The notes beneath the pieces were generated by a model. That model did not search any database and had not been told where the DNA came from. It was given only the letters and a program-made list of their open reading frames with translations. Shown piece by piece: positions 35,805-45,780 of a DNA stretch of 64,000 nucleotides. The translations under genes and the position numbers were made by a program. Within the stretch, counting starts at the first letter, position 1, and every line of letters begins with the position of its first letter. This stretch comes from Elusimicrobiota bacterium (lineage in GTDB: Bacteria > CG03 > SLGR01 > JAFGSA01): positions 1,654 through 65,653 of the forward strand of contig JAFGSA010000003.1 in the NCBI GenBank assembly GCA_016934855.1, read 5' to 3'.

Positions 35805-37388
35805 CTACGGTCTTATCTTCTTGAGTTCTCCCAGTTCCCTTACGCGGAGTATATGCGATACGGCCATGTAGAGCGCCGCGCCCAGCACCACTACCAGGGG
35901 CACGCGCGCGTACTTGCTCCATCCGGCCGTCAACAGGGAAGAATAATAAAGGAAGAAACCCAGCGCCGCCGATGCTGCGGCGTGCTTGCCGAGCGAGCTC
36001 AGTATGCCGGTCGCTCCGATGGCGCCGTTACGCAGCCTGAACACTATCACCAGAAGTACGAAATTCACCGCCGATGACAGGGCTGTGGCCAGGGCCAGCC
36101 CCCCGACCGAAAAAGTCTCCCTGACGCCGGGCACTTTCACAACTATTATGTTAAGCGCTATATTCAGAACCATGGCTATGGACGCTGTTATCACCGGGGT
36201 CTTCGTATCCTGGAGAGAATAAAAAGCGCTGGCAGCTATCTTCACGCCGGCGTAGAACATGAGTCCCGAGGCGTAAAAGGACAGCACCCATGCCGCGCTG
36301 GCCGTATCGGACGGGAGGAAAAGCCCCCTCTCGAAAAGCAGTTCCATTATCGGCCTGCCGAAAACTATCAGAGATACCGTCGTCGGCATGATAAGGAAGG
36401 ATACTGCTCTCATCGAGAACGAGAAAGTATCCTTCAGCCTGCCCATCTCGTTCCTGGCGGCATTCTCGCTCATCATGGGCAGGGCCACCGTTGCTATGGC
36501 GGTGCCGAATAGCGCCAGCGGCAGCTGCATGAGCCTGTTGCCGTAATAAAGGTGAGTCACGCTTCCCGCTCCCAGCAGCGTAGCGCAGATCGTGTCTACG
36601 AAAGAGTTTATCTGCATTATAGACAGCCCCAGCACCGCCGGCAGCATGAGCCTGCCTATCTTCCTGAGCCCGGGATGCCCGAAATCGATGACAGGCATTA
36701 TATTCCTGACCTTCACTGCAGCGGGGACCATCTGGTACAGCAGCTGAAGCAGGCCGCCTACGACCACCCCTACAGCAAGACCGCTCACAGGGAGATCCAG
36801 GAAAGGGCAGACGAACAGGATGAACGCTATTTCCGATATGCTGAGCATCACGGGCGCCAATGCCGGCACCAGGAACATCCTCAGGGAATTCAGCACCCCC
36901 AGCATTATCGCCCCCAACCCTATCAGCATAAGGAACGGGAACATTATCCTGGTAAGATACACGGTAAGCGCGAACTTGGAGGGGTCCTGCGTGTACCCTA
37001 TAGCTATAAGTCTTACTATCAATGGGGCGAACAATATACCCAGGAACGTCAGGAGTACGAAGAGCACCCCGAAAGTCCCCAGGGTCACCCTCACCAGCCG
37101 CCGCGATTCATCTTCACCCCTGTTAGTCAGGTATTCCGTGTATACCGGTATGAACGAAGTAGAAAGAGAGCCCTCGCCCAGAAGCCTCCTGAGGAGATTG
37201 GGTATCCTGTAAGCGACGAAAAAAGCGTCCGCTGCCATCGTAGCGCCGAAAAGATTGGCTATCAGCATGTCCCTGACATACCCCAGTACCCTGGATACCA
37301 GCGTAGCCAGCGATACGGAAGAAGCCTTGCTGATCACATCATGATGGATCTCAGCCGGGTCTGTGCTGTTGTTTTTTTCTTCTATCAA
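35805..37388 (-). CDS. murJ: lipid II flippase MurJ (MviN)
   Basis: The N-terminal signature KASSVSLATLVSRVLGYVRDMLIANLFGA is present, with about 14 transmembrane helices. Confidence 0.85.
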   Translation of the reverse strand: MIEEKNNSTDPAEIHHDVISKASSVSLATLVSRVLGYVRDMLIANLFGATMAADAFFVAYRIPNLLRRLLGEGSLSTSFIPVYTEYLTNRGEDESRRLVRVTLGTFGVLFVLLTFLGILFAPLIVRLIAIGYTQDPSKFALTVYLTRIMFPFLMLIGLGAIMLGVLNSLRMFLVPALAPVMLSISEIAFILFVCPFLDLPVSGLAVGVVVGGLLQLLYQMVPAAVKVRNIMPVIDFGHPGLRKIGRLMLPAVLGLSIMQINSFVDTICATLLGAGSVTHLYYGNRLMQLPLALFGTAIATVALPMMSENAARNEMGRLKDTFSFSMRAVSFLIMPTTVSLIVFGRPIMELLFERGLFLPSDTASAAWVLSFYASGLMFYAGVKIAASAFYSLQDTKTPVITASIAMVLNIALNIIVVKVPGVRETFSVGGLALATALSSAVNFVLLVIVFRLRNGAIGATGILSSLGKHAAASAALGFFLYYSSLLTAGWSKYARVPLVVVLGAALYMAVSHILRVRELGELKKIRP

Positions 37389-38958
37389 TGAATATCCTCA
37401 CGGTTATAACCGTCATGTAGAGCGCGAGAACCAATAGCAGTCCCGCTATTACGCTCAGCAGGTAATTACGGTCTCTCAGGAAATTATTCAGCTCCCATGC
37501 GAGCGCCGCGGATGAAGTTACAAGCATTATGGCTCCAGGCACGGCCGTATACGCGGTCTTCTTTCCGGCAGACAAAAGGTACAGGCTCACAACCCCCAGC
37601 GCCAGAGCCGCGACCAGTTGGTTGGATGCGCCGAACACAGGCCATATTTTTCCCCAGTTGCCTATGGCAAGGTAATACGCAGGGGCTATCACCATTATAG
37701 TGGCAAGGAACATGTTCTTTATGCCGAACAGCTCTTCCGTAATGTACCTCGTTATGCGGGTCGCGGTATCCAGCGTCGTAATGATAAAAGCGTTAAGCAC
37801 CGTGGCCGCCACCAGGGAACCGAATATACCGAATATAGGCAGCGTTATCTGTCCGAAACCTTCGCTGAATGCGACTATCCATCCCTTCTTCATCAGTTCC
37901 GGGTATACCAGGCCTGACGCGCCCGCCCACTTAAGACCCGCCGCCACGGATATCAGCGCCAGAAGGGCCAGCGCTCCCTCGAGTATCATCCCACCGAACC
38001 CTATTCTCTTCATATCCTTTTCGCTCGATATCTGTTTGGCTGTTGTGCCCGAAGAGACAACGCTGTGGAACCCGCTTATGGCGCCGCATGCCACTATCAC
38101 GAACATCATCGGGAAAAGAGGACCGCTTCCGCTGTGAAACCCGACAAACGCTGGAGCATTCATCGGAAGCCGCGTGATAATAACCCCCAGGTATCCCGTG
38201 ACGAGCCCGAAAAACAGCAGAAAAGTGGACAAGTAATCTCTCGGCTGAAGAAGTATATTGACCGGGAGTATGGAAGCAAAGAACGCGTATGCCAACAGTA
38301 TTATTATCCATGCCCTTTCCGGCAGGCTGACGGGGAATACCTTTCCGAGGATTATAAAAGCGGCCAGGAACAGTATGCCGGCAATAGTGACGGCGAGCTG
38401 CGATACCGATGTGCGGTATAACATGAACCCCATCAGCATGGCCAGCGGTATTATCGCCATCGCCGGCACTGCCGTTTCCGGCTTCGAATACAGGGTCTTG
38501 GCTCCTACGGCCGTAAACACGGCTACTACAAGCACGAGGGAAAGCCAGAGGAATACAGAGAACAATACGTTGGCCCGCCGGCCCATGAGGTCCCTGCAGA
38601 CATGCGCGATCGAGTTGCCCTTCATCCTCACGGAAGTCACCAGCGCCGAAAAATCATGGACGGCGCCCAGGAAGACTGAACCGATGACGAGCCACAAGAG
38701 GACTCCGAGCCAGCCCCAGTACAGGCAGGCTATGACAGGTCCGAGTATAGGACCGGCACCGGCTATGGAAGCGAAATGATGCCCGAAAAGGACGGTCCAG
38801 TGTTTTGCGGGTACATAATCCACGCCGTCATTTACCTCGTGAGCCGGCGTCTTTCTCGCCGGGTCTATGTCCCAGAGTCTTTCTATCAGATTCCCGTATA
38901 ACCTGTAGCCCAGACCCAGGCATACAAGCCCGATAACTGCCACCGCTAATGAATTCAT
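37351..38958 (-). CDS. cstA: carbon starvation protein A family transporter
   Basis: The sequence HEVNDGVDYVPAKHWTVLFGHHFASIAGAGPILGPV is a typical CstA N-terminal block. It is a polytopic membrane protein. Confidence 0.85.
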   Translation of the reverse strand: MNSLAVAVIGLVCLGLGYRLYGNLIERLWDIDPARKTPAHEVNDGVDYVPAKHWTVLFGHHFASIAGAGPILGPVIACLYWGWLGVLLWLVIGSVFLGAVHDFSALVTSVRMKGNSIAHVCRDLMGRRANVLFSVFLWLSLVLVVAVFTAVGAKTLYSKPETAVPAMAIIPLAMLMGFMLYRTSVSQLAVTIAGILFLAAFIILGKVFPVSLPERAWIIILLAYAFFASILPVNILLQPRDYLSTFLLFFGLVTGYLGVIITRLPMNAPAFVGFHSGSGPLFPMMFVIVACGAISGFHSVVSSGTTAKQISSEKDMKRIGFGGMILEGALALLALISVAAGLKWAGASGLVYPELMKKGWIVAFSEGFGQITLPIFGIFGSLVAATVLNAFIITTLDTATRITRYITEELFGIKNMFLATIMVIAPAYYLAIGNWGKIWPVFGASNQLVAALALGVVSLYLLSAGKKTAYTAVPGAIMLVTSSAALAWELNNFLRDRNYLLSVIAGLLLVLALYMTVITVRIFIDRRKKQQHRPG

Positions 38959-39037
38959 GTTAAACCTCCCGCATGCGAGTGCAGAGCGTGTTCCGCATCT
39001 GATATCTCACATCTGGCATCTTGTATACTGTCATTCC

Positions 39038-41863
39038 TTACCATGTTATATAGCTGCTTGCAAACGTCCAGTAAGTCTTCCAGCTGTCCGAGCCATAAGG
39101 TTTGGCAAAATCTATATTTATGTAAAAGGGAGCCATCTGCATTATGTACAGGTTCAGTCTAAGCCCGAAACCCCAGGAAGCGCCCCACATATCCGGGTCA
39201 TCCGGCTCGCCGCCGTCGTCCCAGCATGTACCCGCATCGGTGAACAGCGCCGCCGACATGCTGTATATGTTAAAATCAGGGAACATGAAATAGAGGTGCC
39301 ATCCTATATCCGGGAAAAGGAGGTACCTCAGCTCGGAACTCGCAGATGCGAGATTATGCCCGGAAAACTCTTTCCTCCTGTAACCCCTGAGCCTGTACGG
39401 AGCGTTGCTGAAAAATCCAGTCAAATGGTCCAGGTAGAGTTCGGGCGCGGCCGGGCCTTCGGTCCGGGCATAATAAAGCCTGTTCGCCCAGGCCAGCCTG
39501 TGTCCGGCCGGCAGATATTTCCTGGCGGAGGCCTCATACTGGTTATATTCCACCCCGAACGTCTCGTAAGGTAGCGCCCGGTACCCCGACACAGAGAGTA
39601 TGCTCCCCCTGAATATATGAAAAGGTTCCAGCATCGCTGTACTGCGCGTGATACCCAGGCCCACGCCGGTCTCGGTTTCATGAACGGACTCATCCGTCGT
39701 GAGGTTATTCTCGTCTTCGCTTCCAGCCGTGTACCAGTTCGAGAAACTGGTAAATGAAGTCAGCGGGTACGTGTATCCGAGGACTGCCTCGTGCGAATAA
39801 TTCTTATGCTTCTCGGTCTCGTCGTCATCTTCGATCGTCCTGTACTTTTCCCCTTCCGTGCCGAGCATAAGGAATACATCCGGCCGCCATTTCCTGAGAG
39901 TGTACTGAGTTGACAGCGTATAGGTTCCGGGCCATGCCCAGCCGTAAAAATCCACAGTGTGGTGTGCGAGCAGATCCGACGCCCTGTAATAACCGCCGCC
40001 TACAAATCCTATATCCGTTGAATAAAGCAGGCTGGGCAGAAAAAAATCGGTGGAAAAATTAAACCTGTAGCGGCCCTTCCGGAACTGGTCCGAGGCGAGT
40101 TCCGGAACCGGATCCTCCTTTATGTAGTTTCTCGTTGCAGCTATATCGGCTCTCCGTTCTCCGCCCTTCAGCCTGACTATTTTGTAGCTCCCGTCATAAT
40201 ACGCCGACGAATAGATATTCCCGTCTTCCGCTGCACAGGGAAAGAACAGCCCTTCCGCTATATCGGTAAGAGCTTCCATTTTCTTCCCCGGATCGAGCAT
40301 ATACAGGTTGAATACCGAGTTTTTGTCAGCCGAATATACCAGCTTTTTTTCGCCGGCATAATACGGGTGTATCTCGTCGCACGGAGTCTCGGTCAGCCAG
40401 ACATATTTTTTCGTCTGTATATCTATCCTCCTGAGATCGGTGTTGAGCTCCCTTTCGGTAGCTACTGTTATCTCCCGCGAATCATGGGAGATGACCGGGC
40501 CGTAGTCTATATATCCGTCGTCCGTGAGCTGAGTCAGCAGGCCTTTATCCAGATCATAGAGGTATATATTCCTTTTAGAATCTTTCAGAGCGGTAAACGC
40601 TATCAGCCTGCCGTCATCCGATATGGCAGGCGAACGGAGTTCGTGAAGGTCGAATTCCAGTTCTTTCTTTATCTTTCCCGAAAGGTCGCACAGGTAGATA
40701 ATGTCTTTCAGGTCCCTGTCGGCTATGAACACCAGGGTTCCGACGGCAGGCGAATAACTTATTATCCTGTCGTATCGCCTCCCCGTAACGAGCATCTTCA
40801 CTCTTGACCCGAAGAAAGCATGGAGCAGCTTTCTCCTGTGCCCTTTTTCGTCCAGATATATCTCGTCCGGCCCCCAGACATCGCTCACATAGACGATATC
40901 CCCTTTTTCGGTAAGAACCGGGTTCCTGCTGTGATACCTGTTTTCCACCACCGCGTCGCTTACGTCTTCTACCCTGTCTTTTCCCCCGATGAAATTATCG
41001 GTCTCTTCCCTGAGCTTTTTCTGCCATTTAATATCAAAATCCCGGTAGCTCGCGAATTTCTCTGCGGCGTCTTCGAAAGCTTTCGTAGGATCTAGGTTGT
41101 TCCTCATTGACTTGAGCAGCCTGAAATTCACTTCTTCCCCTTCAGTCTCCACAAGGTAGTCTATTGCCGAATGAGCTTCCTTGTATCCGAGATACACGTG
41201 CCTGTAGAGCGCATTGAAATTCTGCAGCTGTCTAAGGGAATAAAGGTAATCATAAAGCACGGCGTCCCTCAGTATCATCCTGTCATAGGAAGACCAGCTC
41301 CTGTTCAGCACCTTGTGCGATACGTGTTCCGCCTGGCCTTCCATTACCCACAGCGGTTCCAGCCCCGAGAGGCCCTTTATCAGTTTTGCGGATTTCCAGA
41401 AGCCGCCGTAAAGTATCTCGAACTGGGCAATATGGGTGTATTCATGCGCTATAAGGTGGTTGAGATCGTAACGCGAGTATCTTATGGGTATGACAAGCCT
41501 GTTCTTGAAAGCTTCCGAGAAGCCCTCCACCCCTTCTTCAGCGGCCGCGATCCTGTTCTGCTGGAAATGAGTATGGTCGTAATACACGAAAACCGGCGTC
41601 TTCTTGGGAAACTCCACATCGAGCAGGCCTGTTACACCTTTATGAGTGTATTCTATCTGGTCAAGTACCGGCTTTATATCGAAAAGGTCGTCTTCGGGAG
41701 CATAGTAGAACACCCTGAGATCTGAAGTCTCGGCGGTCTTCCACCTGAATTTGTCTATCCTGAGCTGGTTATCCGGGAATACCGGTTCACAGATAAAGAG
41801 TATCAGCAGGAATAATCCGAAGGGACGGCATATTGTCACAAGCGGTCGCATGCTCATCTTCAT
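39038..41863 (-). CDS. large secreted protein: peptidase MA-like zinc metalloprotease domain (HEYTH), TolB-like beta-propeller repeats, C-terminal outer-membrane beta-barrel-like domain
   Basis: A signal peptide is present. The motif LIAHEYTHIAQ...WVMEGQAEH is the HExxH...E of the peptidase MA family. Repeats such as PAISDDGRLIAFTALKDSKRNIYLYDL are TolB-like. The aromatic-rich C-terminus ends in W. Confidence 0.5.
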   Translation of the reverse strand: MKMSMRPLVTICRPFGLFLLILFICEPVFPDNQLRIDKFRWKTAETSDLRVFYYAPEDDLFDIKPVLDQIEYTHKGVTGLLDVEFPKKTPVFVYYDHTHFQQNRIAAAEEGVEGFSEAFKNRLVIPIRYSRYDLNHLIAHEYTHIAQFEILYGGFWKSAKLIKGLSGLEPLWVMEGQAEHVSHKVLNRSWSSYDRMILRDAVLYDYLYSLRQLQNFNALYRHVYLGYKEAHSAIDYLVETEGEEVNFRLLKSMRNNLDPTKAFEDAAEKFASYRDFDIKWQKKLREETDNFIGGKDRVEDVSDAVVENRYHSRNPVLTEKGDIVYVSDVWGPDEIYLDEKGHRRKLLHAFFGSRVKMLVTGRRYDRIISYSPAVGTLVFIADRDLKDIIYLCDLSGKIKKELEFDLHELRSPAISDDGRLIAFTALKDSKRNIYLYDLDKGLLTQLTDDGYIDYGPVISHDSREITVATERELNTDLRRIDIQTKKYVWLTETPCDEIHPYYAGEKKLVYSADKNSVFNLYMLDPGKKMEALTDIAEGLFFPCAAEDGNIYSSAYYDGSYKIVRLKGGERRADIAATRNYIKEDPVPELASDQFRKGRYRFNFSTDFFLPSLLYSTDIGFVGGGYYRASDLLAHHTVDFYGWAWPGTYTLSTQYTLRKWRPDVFLMLGTEGEKYRTIEDDDETEKHKNYSHEAVLGYTYPLTSFTSFSNWYTAGSEDENNLTTDESVHETETGVGLGITRSTAMLEPFHIFRGSILSVSGYRALPYETFGVEYNQYEASARKYLPAGHRLAWANRLYYARTEGPAAPELYLDHLTGFFSNAPYRLRGYRRKEFSGHNLASASSELRYLLFPDIGWHLYFMFPDFNIYSMSAALFTDAGTCWDDGGEPDDPDMWGASWGFGLRLNLYIMQMAPFYINIDFAKPYGSDSWKTYWTFASSYITW

Positions 41864-41893
41864 GGATTATATCCATAATGAAAACGGCGGAGA

Positions 41894-43582
41894 TTATTCC
41901 TTGTCTTTTTTCTTGTCGATGTCAGCAAGCCCTTTGAGCTTGTCTCCGATAAGATCGCGCAGCGTGGCGCCGGACGATTCGGACGGATCCATATACTTTT
42001 TCATTTCCCTGTGCTCCATGTCTATCTCGTAATCCTTGATACTGACCTCAAGTACCTTCTTGGAAGGGTTGTTCTTTATCACCCTGCAGTGTTCTATCAC
42101 ATCGCCTTCCTTGAGTTTTTCCCGGAGGTCCTCCGTCCTTTCCCTTGAAAAATTTGATATATGCATGTATCCCTCAAGCCCGTTCTCCATCTCCACATAC
42201 GCGCCCGAGCGCTGGACCGTCTTGACATAGCATTTGACAGTGGATCCCGCAGGGTAATCGTTGTAAGGATTATCTTCAAGCTGCTTCAGTCCCAGAGAAA
42301 GTTTCTGCTTGTCGGGTTCGATGCTCAGTATTTTCACCTTTACCGTGTCGCCGACCTGGACGAATTCCGAAGGATGCTCGACCTCCTTGTCCCAGGTCAT
42401 GTCAGAAACATGTATCAGCCCTTCCACTCCCTCATTCAGCATAACGAAAGCCCCGAAATCAGTAGTGTGGGTTATCTTCCCTTCGATGATATTGCCCACC
42501 TGGTAATTCCTGTCAACCTCTTCCCAGGGATTGGGCAGCACCTGTTTAAGGCTCAGCGCGATCTTCTTGTTCTCCAGGTCTATCTCGATTATCTTTATCT
42601 TCACCGCGTCATTTACAGCAAGCTTGTCGCCCGGATGTTTCACGTTTTCAGTCCAGGATATCTCCTCTGTTTTTATAAGCCCTTCCACTCCGGGCTTCAG
42701 CTCAACGAAAGCCCCGTATGAAGTGACTCCCGTGACCTTCCCGTCTATCACGTCGCCCGGCTTGAACTCACTTTCTATATTTTCCCATGGATGAGGCTGC
42801 GTCTCTTTCAGGCTGAGCGATATCTTATTTGACTTGGGGTTGAAGCTCTTTATCTTTACCTCTATCTCGTCACCGACTTTTACTATATCCTCCACCTTGT
42901 CGACATGTCCCCAGGAAAGCTCGCTGATGTGCAGGAGCCCGTCTATTCCGCCCAGATCGATAAAAGCGCCGAAAGTCTTTATGCCGGACACCCTGCCTTT
43001 TATAGTCTTGCCGGGATAAAGCTGTTCATAGAGTTCTTCCCTTTTTCTCCTGACATCCTCTTCTATCGCTTTCCTCCAGGATACGATTATATTCTTGTTC
43101 TTGCGGTCGAATTCTATGATCTTGGACGGCACTGTCTTGTCTATCACTGAATCCAGGTTCTTTACCATCGGGTACCCGACCAGGGAGGCAGGCATGAAGG
43201 CTTTAATATCGCCTATATCTACTATAAGGCCGCCTTTTACCTTCTTTTCCAGTTTAGCGTCTATCACCAGGTTATCCGTGAACGCCTTTTCTATCTCATC
43301 GAGACGGTGCTCCACCTGGGCCCTCTTATGGGACAATACCGGCGGGTACTCGTAGCTCATGCTCTTCTTCACTATAAATACCTCTACTTCGTCACCGACT
43401 TTTATCTCTTCGTCCTTGAATTCATGCAGGGGGATTACACCTTCGGATTTGTAACCGATATCTACCAGAACGTTGTTATTTTTCCTGTCGACCTCGATGA
43501 CCCTTCCTATTACCATCCTTTCCTGCTGTATATCTTCCATCTGCCTTACTACATCTTCCATACTCAGCTTTTTATCCGTCAT
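41894..43582 (-). CDS. rpsA: 30S ribosomal protein S1 (six S1 domains)
   Basis: The repeated S1 signature G.V..G.V..I...GAFV.L..G..GL.H.SE appears six times. Confidence 0.9.
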   Translation of the reverse strand: MTDKKLSMEDVVRQMEDIQQERMVIGRVIEVDRKNNNVLVDIGYKSEGVIPLHEFKDEEIKVGDEVEVFIVKKSMSYEYPPVLSHKRAQVEHRLDEIEKAFTDNLVIDAKLEKKVKGGLIVDIGDIKAFMPASLVGYPMVKNLDSVIDKTVPSKIIEFDRKNKNIIVSWRKAIEEDVRRKREELYEQLYPGKTIKGRVSGIKTFGAFIDLGGIDGLLHISELSWGHVDKVEDIVKVGDEIEVKIKSFNPKSNKISLSLKETQPHPWENIESEFKPGDVIDGKVTGVTSYGAFVELKPGVEGLIKTEEISWTENVKHPGDKLAVNDAVKIKIIEIDLENKKIALSLKQVLPNPWEEVDRNYQVGNIIEGKITHTTDFGAFVMLNEGVEGLIHVSDMTWDKEVEHPSEFVQVGDTVKVKILSIEPDKQKLSLGLKQLEDNPYNDYPAGSTVKCYVKTVQRSGAYVEMENGLEGYMHISNFSRERTEDLREKLKEGDVIEHCRVIKNNPSKKVLEVSIKDYEIDMEHREMKKYMDPSESSGATLRDLIGDKLKGLADIDKKKDKE

Positions 43583-43583
43583 T

Positions 43584-44447
43584 TCACGCTACCTCTTTCT
43601 TTAGATTTTTTTTGTTATATAATTCGAGTTTTTCTTCGATTTTCTTTATTATGCTCTTCGGCGTCGAAGCTCCCGAGACTATGCCGACCTTTTCCCTGTC
43701 GGCCAGCCAGCTGTAATTGATATCTTCAGGAACTTCTATATGATAGGTCTCTACTATCTCGCTGCCGAGTTCGTAAAGTCTTTTCGTGTTGGAGCTGTTC
43801 TTCCCTCCCACGATAATGAGCAGGTCTACCCTGCCTGCTATCGATTTAAGCTCGTTCTGGCGAAGCACCGTTTCCTCGCAGATGGTATTGTATATCTCGA
43901 GAACCTTTGATTTTCTTGCCAGCACGTTTATTATCTCGAAGAATTTTTCGCTTCTGAATGTCGTCTGGACCAGCACCCCGGCGTCCTCAAAATCTTCCAT
44001 CAAGGCCGCTTCTTCGGGAGAAGATATAACCACCCCTTTTTCCTTTGCCCTGGAAAGTATCCCTTTGACTTCGGGATGAGACTTGGCGCCTATGATTATT
44101 ACCATGCCGTGCCTGTCAGATATATCCCGAGCTATCTTATGAGTCTTCTTCACTTTGGGGCACGTCGCATCTATGACATTCAGACCCTTTTCCTTCAGCC
44201 TGGACTCCTGCTCCAGGGTTATACCGTGGCTTCTTATGAGTATGGTTCTTATGCCGGAAATCTTTTCAATGTCGTCTACGGGAATTATTCCCGCGGATTT
44301 CAGTTCATCTACGACCTGAGGGTTATGAATAATGGGTCCCAGGGTATGCACTTTTTCCGTTTTCGAAGAATCCCGCGCTATATTTACCGATCTCTTCACG
44401 CCGGAGCAGAAATCACAATATTCGCTTTTTATTATGTTTATCTTCAT
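43584..44447 (-). CDS. ispH: 4-hydroxy-3-methylbut-2-enyl diphosphate reductase
   Basis: Motifs MKINIIKSEYCDFCSGVKRSV, HNPQVV and ATCPKV provide the three conserved Cys of the IspH Fe-S site. ATG at 44447 is preferred over the upstream in-frame ATG. Confidence 0.85.
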   Translation of the reverse strand: MKINIIKSEYCDFCSGVKRSVNIARDSSKTEKVHTLGPIIHNPQVVDELKSAGIIPVDDIEKISGIRTILIRSHGITLEQESRLKEKGLNVIDATCPKVKKTHKIARDISDRHGMVIIIGAKSHPEVKGILSRAKEKGVVISSPEEAALMEDFEDAGVLVQTTFRSEKFFEIINVLARKSKVLEIYNTICEETVLRQNELKSIAGRVDLLIIVGGKNSSNTKRLYELGSEIVETYHIEVPEDINYSWLADREKVGIVSGASTPKSIIKKIEEKLELYNKKNLKKEVA

Positions 44448-44564
44448 TAGGTTATAAATTATACAAATAATATTAGTAATAATCAAACATAAAATTTTAT
44501 TATTTATATATGCGGATATTTCCGTAAAAGGTTTACAGGGAGGGAATAATACTGCGGGAACGGC

Positions 44565-45131
44565 CTACAGACGCTCTATTTTACTCATTACGGCTTCCGC
44601 GAAAGACTCATATTCTCCTTCAGGCGCTTTTTCTCCCGGCAAGAAAGGGAAATAAACCGGTTTTCCGATAACATACTTCAGCCTGGCGAAGCTTTTCATC
44701 CTGTCGTTATTGTATATCCTGGAAGGAACTACCGGAACGCCCGACTTATGCGACAGCATCGATACCCCGCTGTGTATCTTATGCGAAGATTTCCTGGTAC
44801 CTTCGGGAAAGATTAGAAGGACTTTTCCCGACCTCAGCAGCCCGATGGCCCGTTTTATCGACGATGGTCCCGGGTTCTCCCTGTCAACGGGGAAAGCATG
44901 CGTTTTTCTTATGGCTGTGCCGAGAACCGGCACATAGAACAGCTCTTTCTTGGCCATAAAATAAACGCCTTTTACGTTGCACACTCCCACGAGGGGCGGG
45001 TCAAAGTAAGAATTGTGGTTGGACGCTATTATGTACCCCCCGGCGGGCAGGTTTTCCCTTCCGGTAACCTTGAGCCTGAACAACGTCCTGAAAAAAACGG
45101 AAAATAATGTTCTACCTATCCAGTAAAGCAA
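44565..45131 (-). CDS. plsC: 1-acyl-sn-glycerol-3-phosphate acyltransferase
   Basis: The H(X)4D motif is NHNSYFDP and the acyltransferase motif is FPEGTR. Confidence 0.75.
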   Translation of the reverse strand: MLYWIGRTLFSVFFRTLFRLKVTGRENLPAGGYIIASNHNSYFDPPLVGVCNVKGVYFMAKKELFYVPVLGTAIRKTHAFPVDRENPGPSSIKRAIGLLRSGKVLLIFPEGTRKSSHKIHSGVSMLSHKSGVPVVPSRIYNNDRMKSFARLKYVIGKPVYFPFLPGEKAPEGEYESFAEAVMSKIERL

Positions 45132-45780
45132 CGATCCTGTTTACTACCTCTTCTATGCTGAGATCAGTGGAATCCAGCACATGGGCGTTCTCCGGCACCC
45201 TCAGCGGCGCGAGGCCCCTGGATTCGTCAAGCCTGTCTCTTTTTTTTATGCTGAGTTTTATCTCTTCGATGTCCACATCCATGCCCTTTTCCCTGAGTTC
45301 CTGCCACCTGCGGCTGGCTCTTTCCTGAATGCCGGCATCAAGGTACACTTTAAGGTCCGCCCCGGGAAAAACTATCGAGCCCATGTCCCTTCCTTCGAAT
45401 ACCACTTTCATGAGCCTGTCGGCGGACTGCCGCTGTATCTTGGCCAGTTTATACCTCACGCCGGGTATGGCTGCCACCCTCGAGGTGTTGTCGGTTACTT
45501 CTTTCTTTCTTATTTCTTCGGTCACGTCCTCTCCGTCGGAATATATCTTCATCGAGCCGTTCTCGAAATCGATCCTGATATCCGTTTCTTCGGCAAGCTT
45601 TTCTATTCCTACCGTGTCCGTGAATTCCATGTTCCTTCGCAGTATCTTCAGCGTTATAGCCCTGTACATCGCGCCCGTATCTATATACCTGAAACCTATC
45701 CTCTCCGCCAGTATTTTCGCTATGGTGCTCTTACCCGCGCCGGCAGGCCCGTCTATTGTTATTATGGTCTTATTTTTCAA
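45112..45780 (-). CDS. cmk: cytidylate kinase
   Basis: The P-loop IITIDGPAGAGKST is present, followed by YIDTGAMYRA. Confidence 0.9.
   Translation of the reverse strand: MKNKTIITIDGPAGAGKSTIAKILAERIGFRYIDTGAMYRAITLKILRRNMEFTDTVGIEKLAEETDIRIDFENGSMKIYSDGEDVTEEIRKKEVTDNTSRVAAIPGVRYKLAKIQRQSADRLMKVVFEGRDMGSIVFPGADLKVYLDAGIQERASRRWQELREKGMDVDIEEIKLSIKKRDRLDESRGLAPLRVPENAHVLDSTDLSIEEVVNRIVALLDR

Noticed and set aside
36552-37391. 279-aa plus-strand ORF antisense to murJ, rich in H/Q/R/Y/E
   Set aside because: It is a shadow ORF inside a well-supported MurJ gene. Its composition is non-protein-like and it has no RBS.
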